Notes under the pieces: generated by a model
The model's input: the letters and a program-made list of their open reading frames with translations, nothing else
What the model was told of the DNA's origin: nothing
The model's database searches: none
Position numbers and translations under genes: made by a program
Shown: positions 56,809 to 64,000 of the stretch, piece by piece
Numbering within the stretch: position 1 is the first letter of the stretch
Layout: the number at the start of each line of letters is the position of its first letter
IMG/VR virus record: IMGVR_UViG_3300023172_002538
DNA from: an uncultured virus (IMG/VR IMGVR_UViG_3300023172_002538)
Taxonomy: Duplodnaviria > Heunggongvirae > Uroviricota > Caudoviricetes
Strand: one strand, 5' to 3'
Length of the DNA stretch: 64,000 nt

Positions 56809-59800
56809 ATGTCTTATCGTCCTCTCAAACACTTAAATGAAGGTGCGTTCAAAGAGCTACTGACTTCTGAAGAAGACTATCTGGCTTATCGAGCGGGTGT
56901 TCATTTAAGTAAAATGACAACAAGTGATTTGTCTGCGCTTTCTACTAACGCGGCAGGCGAACTTGTTGGTACGTTTGAAGACACTTTTTATACCTCTGGT
57001 CTAGGTCCCATTCCTGGCTCGACAATTACTCGCACAATTGCGATTACTCATGCATCTGATCCTGCTGGATCAACGCACACTTCTACGTTTGGTGCTTTCA
57101 CGCCTTTACCCACTGTTGTTTATGTGGGAGACACAATTGAACTAACAATTCAAGGCACAGCGACAAACACAGGCATTGGATTTGAAGAGATTGAATATCA
57201 GTTAGGTATTTCTGGTAGCGCGGCTATAGGAACTATTACTACGACTCCTTCGCCAGCGGCAACGAGTACGAGTGCAAACGGTCGAGAAGTATCGTGGGAA
57301 AATTATCCTGACGGCAATCTTAGCGGTTCTTATCAAGTCACGTGGTCTATTCCGATTACCGATGATGGCGTAATCAACTTCACACTCAACGGTACTACTA
57401 CTGATTTTCAAAACAGTGTTGTAAGTTCTACCGATGCTGAAGTGCTACCTTCTGTTCGTGTAGAGCCACAGTTGAAGCCAACTACTTCGGCTACACTGTA
57501 TGAATTATATCAGAACGATGCGAATGTAGCAACCATCGACAACGACAATGCTCTAAAAAGAAATCCACTCTATTGGGATCGAACTGCAACGCCTGCTGGC
57601 TTGAAAGAAATGAGCGATGCAGAACTCGATATTGTAGTTCAAAGACTTCTTTTAAAAATCTTTGCAAACGATCTTCCCGGTCAGTATCGCCTTGCTACAG
57701 TATCTCCGGGCGCACAGTGGTCAGAGTTTATCGCAGATGTATTTGAAGACACTCGTGGTGACGGTTCACTTGTTACTTATTCTATCTGGGTCAAAACAAC
57801 CGCAACAGTTCCGACAGTAGTTAAACCTATTTCGCCTTTACGTCAACCGTTGACTAACAAGTTTCAAGGTATAAAGGATCTTAATGATTTAGAACTTGAA
57901 ATGACTTTCGGCGAACGAATGAAGCAGGTTATTCAAGACACTGGCATTGGTAAGTATCAACTTCGATCTTCTGCTGACGGACCACCTACAGATCCAGGTA
58001 CGTGGGAAGCACGTGGTAGTGCAATCGATACAAACCTAACTTACGAATCTGAAACGGCTTATATTTCAACCGATTCGTATGATATTAACTACGCTTCGCA
58101 GTATCAAGGTTCATATGTTCCTGATTACATAGGCGAGTACATTGACACATACGAATCCAACTATCTTGGTGAATACGGCGCTACTTATACATCATCTTAT
58201 ACTGGCAATTACGAGGCTACGTACATCGGTACGTTTAGTGGTGATTACGCGCAGAGTTATATAGGCGATTATCTTCTTGAGTACGCTCAATCTTATGAGA
58301 GTGGTTATGAAGGTGAATATGTTCCCAATTATTCGGGTCTTACTGTTGAAGAGCAGTACACGACCATTTACGAAGCTGAGGACGCGATTGAATTTTATGC
58401 GTCAGCATACGCAGAACTTTATGGTGATCTTCCTGTAATTTATACGGGCAACTATGTTACTCAGTACGTCGAGGAAGTTTATACAGGTAACTTTACGGAA
58501 CTGTATGTCGGCGATTACGTCATAGACTATAGTGGTAACTTTACAGAAAATTACATCGATGATGTCTATACAGGTAACTATATTGACGTATACACTGGCG
58601 ACTACACAGAAAATTATGAAGGCAACTTTACCGTTAACTATATTCAAACTGAATATGCCGGTAACTTTACACAGCCGTACACTGGTGATTTTACAGCCGC
58701 ATACTCTACGTCTTATGCAGTTACTTACGCACAAGAAAACTATACTGGTAACTATCAATCAGATTATGCTTCTGAATATCAAGTGCCTTACACAGGCGAC
58801 TTCTTAGCCACTTATATTCAGTTGATTTACGGTGGTAATTTCATCGAACAATACAGCGGTGACTTTACTGCAACTTATGCGGGCAACTTTACCGAAACTT
58901 ATACTCAAGCCCAATATACTGGTAACTACTTGTCACAGTACGCTGGCAACTATCAGTCTGATTATTCTGGCGATTATATTGGAACTTATGAGCAACAGAC
59001 TTACACGGGTAACTATATTTCTGATTACACGGGTAACTATCAGTCTCAGTATTCTGGTGACTTTACTGCCACTTATGCTCAAGCACAATACACAGGTGAC
59101 TTCATTGTAAGTTACTCTGGTGACTTTATTGCTACATTCCAAGGACAGTATGAAGGCAATTATCAGTCTCAATACACTGGTAACTTCTTACAGGACTATA
59201 CTGGTAACTTTATTCAAGGTTTTGAAGGACAATATCAAGGTAACTATCAAGTCAACTATGACGGTAATTACATTTCGGACTATGTTACTGCTAGTTACAC
59301 AGGCGACTTCTTGGCTGTTTATTCGGGCAACTTTGTAGAAACGTTCGAAGGTCAGTACACTGGTAACTATCTTTCGACGTATGCTGGCAACTATACTTCA
59401 GATTACGTCGGCGATTTTGTTCAGACATTCCAAGGGCAATATGTCACTGTTTACGAAGAGCCGTATACCGGTAACTTTGTAAACACATTTATTTCTGCTG
59501 ACTATACAGGCGATTACATCTCGCAATACGAGAGTAATTTCTTGCAAGCGTATTCTGGTAATTACGTCTCACTTTATGTGCAAGCCAACTATACTGGCAA
59601 CTTCGCGGCTCAATATACTGGCGACTTTACCGCAAACTATCAAGGCGATTTTCTAACTACATTCGTTGATGCGAACTACACTGGTAACTATGCTTCGGAT
59701 TATGTTCGTGCGTCTTATACCGGTAACTTCCTAGCCACATATTCTGGCGATTTTCTTGCCTCTTATACCGGTGACTTTGTTACAACGTTCGTTGATGCGA

Positions 59801-62800
59801 ACTATACTGGTAACTATGTTAGTCAATATTTGGGGACTCGGAATGTAACTTATTCGGGTAACTACATTTCGAATTACGCACAGGCGAACTATACGGGTAA
59901 CTTCCTTGCAACATTCGTTGATGCAAACTACACAGGCAACTTCCTAGTAACTTATGCTGGCGACTTTACTGCTACATTCCAAGGGCAGTATCAAGGTGAC
60001 TATGAGTCGGGCTATGCTGGCTCATTCGTCGCTCGATATACTGGTGACTTCTTAGGAACATTCCAGGGTCAATATGTTGGTGATTTCTTAGCCAACTATG
60101 ATGGCAACTTTATTGCAAATTACGCTGGCGACTTCCTTGCTACGTTCCAAGGGCAGTATGTTGGTGACTATGTTGGTCAGTATACAAGACAAATCAACGT
60201 AGGCTATACAGGAAGCTTTCTGGCGACATTCCAGGGACAGTACACAGGTTCGTTTTCTCAAACTTATGTAGGGACTTACACAGGCACATATGTCGGTAAC
60301 TACACTGGTACATATGTCGGAAACTATGCTGGTGCTTATGTATCGGCGGCAGCCACTTATCAAGGTGGCTACGCCGGTGCTGCCGCTTGGACATCGTACT
60401 TCTTCAGTCTTAGTTCTCCTCGTTATTACTGGTATACGACACAAGCAAGATTTGCTTTTCCCGTAAACCGTTGGTTTTATTGGAATAATTCATTTCAATC
60501 ATTGGCGAGCATTGCCAATGACGGATTAGTTCCCTTTTTTAGTCGCGGTTTTGAATATGAAGCGGGTACCATACAATATCAGACAGGATCGTCTTTAAGC
60601 ACTCTCCGCAACTATTACAATATCAGACGCCGGTCAATTTTTGGTGGCTCAACATACACTGGCGGATATACCGGCGGTGGCGGCACTTATACAGGAACAT
60701 ATGTTGGTTCGATTCAGCAAACCTATACTGGCTCGATTCAACAGTCGTACGATGGTAATTATATTGGCTCTGTTAACATAACATTCGTTGACGCAAACTA
60801 TACTGGTGACTATCTTGGTCAGTATATACGAGCAATTAATCAAAGTTACACAAGTGTGTTCCAACAAACATTCGTTGATGCAAACTACACTGGTAACTTT
60901 ATTGTTAATTATTCAGGCGATTATGTTTCTCGTTATACGGGCAACTTCCTTGCAACGTTCGTTGATGCAAACTACTCTGGTAACTTCTTAGCGACATATA
61001 CCGGCAACTATACTGGTGTATATGTTGGTAGCTTCCTTGCAACGTTTGTTGATGCAAACTATGTGGGTAACTATGTTTCGAACTATACCGGTGACTTCTT
61101 AGGAACGTTCCAGGGTCAGTACGTTGGTGATTTCTTAGCAACATTCCAAGGTCAGTATCAAGGCGATTTTATTGCGAACTACGTTGCAACGTTCGAACAA
61201 AATTACACTGGTGACTTCCTTGCTACGTTCCAAGGCCAGTATCTGGGTAACTTTGTAACGCCTTATACTGGCAACTATATTTCAAATTATGCTGGCGACT
61301 TTACGGCGGCGTATACTGGAAACTATGTTGGCGATTTCTTAGCCACGTTCCAGGGACAATATCTGGGTAACTTTACTGTACAATATACCGGTAATTATCT
61401 GAGTCAATATACTTCTGATTTCTTAGCCACGTTCCAGGGACAGTATGTCGGTGATTACATTTCGAACTATAATGCAGACTTCAATACTCAGTATCAGTCA
61501 AACTTTACGGCAACGTTCCAGGGTCAGTACATTGGTGATTTCTTAGCAACATACACTGGCACTTATGACACAATATATGTTCAAGCCGACTACACTGGTA
61601 ACTTCGTCACAACATACAGTGGTGATTATATCTCTGATTACACCGGTGACTTTACTGCCAACTTCGTTTCACAGCAATACACTGGTGATTATATCTCTGA
61701 TTACACTGGTAACTTTGCAGTAACGTATACTGGTAATTATCTCGGCGATTACGTTTCGCGATACACTGGCGACTACGTTGGAAATTACGCCGATCAAGTG
61801 TACGGTGGTGACTTTACTCAAGTCTATACTGGCGACTTTACGAATAACTACGTTGGCGATTATATTTCTACATACGCTCAAGCAGATTATTCTGGTAACT
61901 ACGTATCAAATTATCAGGGTAACTTCACGGCGCAGTTCGAAGGTCAATACGTAGGCAACTTCTTAGAAGATTATACGGGCGACTTTACAGCTATTTACTC
62001 TGGTGACTTCCTTCAAGGATTTGCTGGTCAATACGAAGGTAATTATATTACTCCGTATACCGGTGATTATATTTCAGCCTATACTGGTGATTTTCTTGCA
62101 ACGTTTGAAGGTCAATATGTTGGCGATTTCATCGTACAATACACTGGTAACTTCATCGAAACTTATGAAGCAGACTTCGTACAAGATTTTGAAGGTCAGT
62201 ATACTGGTAACTATCAGTCTGACTATACTGGCGATTATGTCGCAATTTATACTGGTGACTTCTTACAGATTTTCCAAGGGCAATATGTCGGCGATTACGT
62301 AAAAGCATATATCGGCAATTATCAGTCAGCCTATACGGGCGATTTCGTATCGATATTTGAAGGTCAGTACACCGGTGATTATCTGTCTGATTACACTGGT
62401 AACTATCAAGCAAATTATTCAGGCGACTATCTGTCTAACTTCGAAGGTCAGTACACTGGTGACTTTATCGTAACATACACAGGCAATTACGAAGTAGACT
62501 ACACGGGCGACTTTGTTGAATCATACACCCAAGATTATGAGCAAGACTACATAGAAGATTATGTTGCTCAAGAAGCATACGTAACGGCTTATGCTGGAAA
62601 CTACACTCCAACATACGAAACAGTTTATACTGGTGATTATACTCCTGATTACGAAGGTCCATCGGGCGACTATTTAGGAACCTATCTTTCGAATTACACT
62701 GAAGAGTTGTATGCGCAAGAGTTTACGGTTGACTACATATCATTAGACTATACGAGAAATCGCGAAGAAAGTTACACTGGTGATTCTTATATAGAAACGT

Positions 62801-63051
62801 ACACAACTGATTTCGAATCAAGTACTGATTACGCCACTTATTTGGGCGGTGATGATAATGAAGAATATGTAGGAACATTTGAGGGCGCGGGAGATGCAGA
62901 AGTTTATGGTGGTTCTCCTTATGAAGGATCTAGTTACGTATCTGATTACAATCGAGTAGTTACCATCGCAGAAGCATATTTGGATGACGCTAAATTAACA
63001 TCAACACCAGTAACAATTGAGACATTTACATTATACGTACGTGTTGCTTAA
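56809..63051 (+). CDS. Giant Tyr/Gly tetrapeptide-repeat protein, probable virion fibre with mirror-matched arms
   Basis: ~420-aa non-repetitive N-terminus, then [YF]xG[ND]/[YF]xxx repeats either side of a ~90-aa unique central domain; late promoter; structural context. Confidence 0.8.
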   Translation: MSYRPLKHLNEGAFKELLTSEEDYLAYRAGVHLSKMTTSDLSALSTNAAGELVGTFEDTFYTSGLGPIPGSTITRTIAITHASDPAGSTHTSTFGAFTPLPTVVYVGDTIELTIQGTATNTGIGFEEIEYQLGISGSAAIGTITTTPSPAATSTSANGREVSWENYPDGNLSGSYQVTWSIPITDDGVINFTLNGTTTDFQNSVVSSTDAEVLPSVRVEPQLKPTTSATLYELYQNDANVATIDNDNALKRNPLYWDRTATPAGLKEMSDAELDIVVQRLLLKIFANDLPGQYRLATVSPGAQWSEFIADVFEDTRGDGSLVTYSIWVKTTATVPTVVKPISPLRQPLTNKFQGIKDLNDLELEMTFGERMKQVIQDTGIGKYQLRSSADGPPTDPGTWEARGSAIDTNLTYESETAYISTDSYDINYASQYQGSYVPDYIGEYIDTYESNYLGEYGATYTSSYTGNYEATYIGTFSGDYAQSYIGDYLLEYAQSYESGYEGEYVPNYSGLTVEEQYTTIYEAEDAIEFYASAYAELYGDLPVIYTGNYVTQYVEEVYTGNFTELYVGDYVIDYSGNFTENYIDDVYTGNYIDVYTGDYTENYEGNFTVNYIQTEYAGNFTQPYTGDFTAAYSTSYAVTYAQENYTGNYQSDYASEYQVPYTGDFLATYIQLIYGGNFIEQYSGDFTATYAGNFTETYTQAQYTGNYLSQYAGNYQSDYSGDYIGTYEQQTYTGNYISDYTGNYQSQYSGDFTATYAQAQYTGDFIVSYSGDFIATFQGQYEGNYQSQYTGNFLQDYTGNFIQGFEGQYQGNYQVNYDGNYISDYVTASYTGDFLAVYSGNFVETFEGQYTGNYLSTYAGNYTSDYVGDFVQTFQGQYVTVYEEPYTGNFVNTFISADYTGDYISQYESNFLQAYSGNYVSLYVQANYTGNFAAQYTGDFTANYQGDFLTTFVDANYTGNYASDYVRASYTGNFLATYSGDFLASYTGDFVTTFVDANYTGNYVSQYLGTRNVTYSGNYISNYAQANYTGNFLATFVDANYTGNFLVTYAGDFTATFQGQYQGDYESGYAGSFVARYTGDFLGTFQGQYVGDFLANYDGNFIANYAGDFLATFQGQYVGDYVGQYTRQINVGYTGSFLATFQGQYTGSFSQTYVGTYTGTYVGNYTGTYVGNYAGAYVSAAATYQGGYAGAAAWTSYFFSLSSPRYYWYTTQARFAFPVNRWFYWNNSFQSLASIANDGLVPFFSRGFEYEAGTIQYQTGSSLSTLRNYYNIRRRSIFGGSTYTGGYTGGGGTYTGTYVGSIQQTYTGSIQQSYDGNYIGSVNITFVDANYTGDYLGQYIRAINQSYTSVFQQTFVDANYTGNFIVNYSGDYVSRYTGNFLATFVDANYSGNFLATYTGNYTGVYVGSFLATFVDANYVGNYVSNYTGDFLGTFQGQYVGDFLATFQGQYQGDFIANYVATFEQNYTGDFLATFQGQYLGNFVTPYTGNYISNYAGDFTAAYTGNYVGDFLATFQGQYLGNFTVQYTGNYLSQYTSDFLATFQGQYVGDYISNYNADFNTQYQSNFTATFQGQYIGDFLATYTGTYDTIYVQADYTGNFVTTYSGDYISDYTGDFTANFVSQQYTGDYISDYTGNFAVTYTGNYLGDYVSRYTGDYVGNYADQVYGGDFTQVYTGDFTNNYVGDYISTYAQADYSGNYVSNYQGNFTAQFEGQYVGNFLEDYTGDFTAIYSGDFLQGFAGQYEGNYITPYTGDYISAYTGDFLATFEGQYVGDFIVQYTGNFIETYEADFVQDFEGQYTGNYQSDYTGDYVAIYTGDFLQIFQGQYVGDYVKAYIGNYQSAYTGDFVSIFEGQYTGDYLSDYTGNYQANYSGDYLSNFEGQYTGDFIVTYTGNYEVDYTGDFVESYTQDYEQDYIEDYVAQEAYVTAYAGNYTPTYETVYTGDYTPDYEGPSGDYLGTYLSNYTEELYAQEFTVDYISLDYTRNREESYTGDSYIETYTTDFESSTDYATYLGGDDNEEYVGTFEGAGDAEVYGGSPYEGSSYVSDYNRVVTIAEAYLDDAKLTSTPVTIETFTLYVRVA
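58050..62960 (+). repeat. Coding 12/24-nt periodic repeat region
   Basis: Recurring TAYACNGGYRAY and ACRTTCCARGGNCARTA units, interrupted at ~60388-60651. Confidence 0.9.
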
Positions 63052-63066
63052 AATATGGAGTAAATT

Positions 63067-63546
63067 ATGGCAAAGTATGAGTACTTAGATAATGCATTTT
63101 GGGAAGCAGAAGATCGCTCAATCGTAAAATGCATTAGGCTAACTACGCTTGAAGGTCAAGAAGGCAAGAAGAAAAAAGACGTTATGGAGTTTCGCAAGAT
63201 TCGTCCTGATGGCTCTGAATGCCCTCACTATAAAGAAGTGGTAACAAAAGTAGGCATTCCAAAGATTGATGAGAATACTGCTGAACGTAAAGAAAGAAAA
63301 GAGCGTGAAGTAAGAGAAAAACGCGCTCATCACGAGCAAAAGAAAAAGACTGCTGAACTAGAGCAACTTTTCAATCTTAAGCTTCAAGCCTTTGAAATTG
63401 AAGAGATTAAAAATTCTGAAGATCGTGTATTACGTGGCAAGATTCGTAGAGCGCAAAATGTAGTAGAAATGAATGCGTTGTGTGCAGTTTTGATCGCAAA
63501 AGAATTGGGCTATTATGGAGACAAAGATGACGCAGGAGCCAACTAA
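63067..63546 (+). CDS. Hypothetical protein with coiled-coil centre
   Basis: 159 aa, GGAG RBS, directly after the fibre gene. Confidence 0.75.
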   Translation: MAKYEYLDNAFWEAEDRSIVKCIRLTTLEGQEGKKKKDVMEFRKIRPDGSECPHYKEVVTKVGIPKIDENTAERKERKEREVREKRAHHEQKKKTAELEQLFNLKLQAFEIEEIKNSEDRVLRGKIRRAQNVVEMNALCAVLIAKELGYYGDKDDAGAN

Positions 63547-64000
63547 GGGTTACGTAATCGTTGCGTCACGGCGAAGTTTCTTTTATGTGTCTGCACTTAA
63601 TTTGATGGAATCAATTCGCGATTTTTATCCTGATGCAAATATCTGTCTAGTCTGTGAAGAAAAGTTTCTTGATGATCGAGGACGAAAACTCGCCAACGAA
63701 ATAATTTTCTGTAACGATCACAAGCGAGCCAAACTTTGGGGCATGGCAAAGTCTCCATGGGATATTACATTCTATATTGACGCAGACACAGAAGTCGAGC
63801 ATGAAGACATTGAACATGTCTTTGGCGAACTGAATGGCTATGATGTCATGTACACTGGTCTTCCCGAAGAACGTTCTTACTGTTATGCAGAACTGAAGTT
63901 TCCTGGTGGTCAATTCGAACTGTGTGGGGCAGTGTGTCTGTATGACATGCGCAATCCATTAGTGCGCGAGTTTATGTGGGACTGGTATGATCTGACTGTT
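63527..64000 (+). CDS. GT-A glycosyltransferase (truncated by window end)
   Basis: Not in the ORF track. MTQEPTKGYVIVAS...SIRDFYPDANICL...RAKLWGMAKSPWDITFYIDADT (DxD); open to base 64000. Confidence 0.75.
   Translation, partial: MTQEPTKGYVIVASRRSFFYVSALNLMESIRDFYPDANICLVCEEKFLDDRGRKLANEIIFCNDHKRAKLWGMAKSPWDITFYIDADTEVEHEDIEHVFGELNGYDVMYTGLPEERSYCYAELKFPGGQFELCGAVCLYDMRNPLVREFMWDWYDLTV

Noticed and set aside
60388..60651. Diversity-generating retroelement target
   Set aside because: No second template copy and no reverse transcriptase are visible in the window.
58552..62451. DNA-level inverted repeat explaining the mirror symmetry
   Set aside because: Both arms use the same-sense motifs on the same strand. 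The symmetry is in the order and spacing of protein units, not reverse complementarity.
58050..62960. CRISPR array or non-coding tandem repeat
   Set aside because: The repeats are degenerate at third codon positions, lie in one open frame and have no repeat-spacer structure.

Overview
This is a 64-kb segment of a large T4-like myovirus genome, probably a marine phage of a heterotrophic bacterium. Family assignments come from motif recognition by eye; no searches were run. In order, the window holds: (1) the 3' end of nrdB, two full-length carbamoyltransferases flanking a GIY-YIG nuclease, a zeta-toxin-like kinase, phoH and a lysozyme. (2) A ~16-kb run of about 21 tightly coupled glycan-synthesis and decoration genes (7289-23219) downstream of a T4-type late promoter. 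(3) An exonuclease, a TAGT/GREB1-like glycosyltransferase and a heme oxygenase plus bilin reductase cassette. (4) An early region with a duplicated sigma70 promoter module and a structured non-coding stretch. (5) thyX, denV-like, gp33 and gp32. (6) A minus-strand block: gp4, FkbM, gp2, gp54, gp26, gp51, tape measure. (7) A plus-strand baseplate block: gp48, gp53, hub, split gp5, gp25, gp6, gp8, VrlC-like. (8) A 2080-aa Tyr/Gly tetrapeptide-repeat protein followed by another glycosyltransferase. The most striking signal is in the 2080-aa protein. Its two repeat arms are register-matched mirror images around a ~90-aa central domain (23 paired irregularities with an identical spacer series), implying a giant fold-back hairpin fibre with a tip domain. 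Second is a U UUU UUU slippery site that would fuse gp26 to gp51 by -1 frameshift directly upstream of the tape measure gene, as in lambda G/GT.
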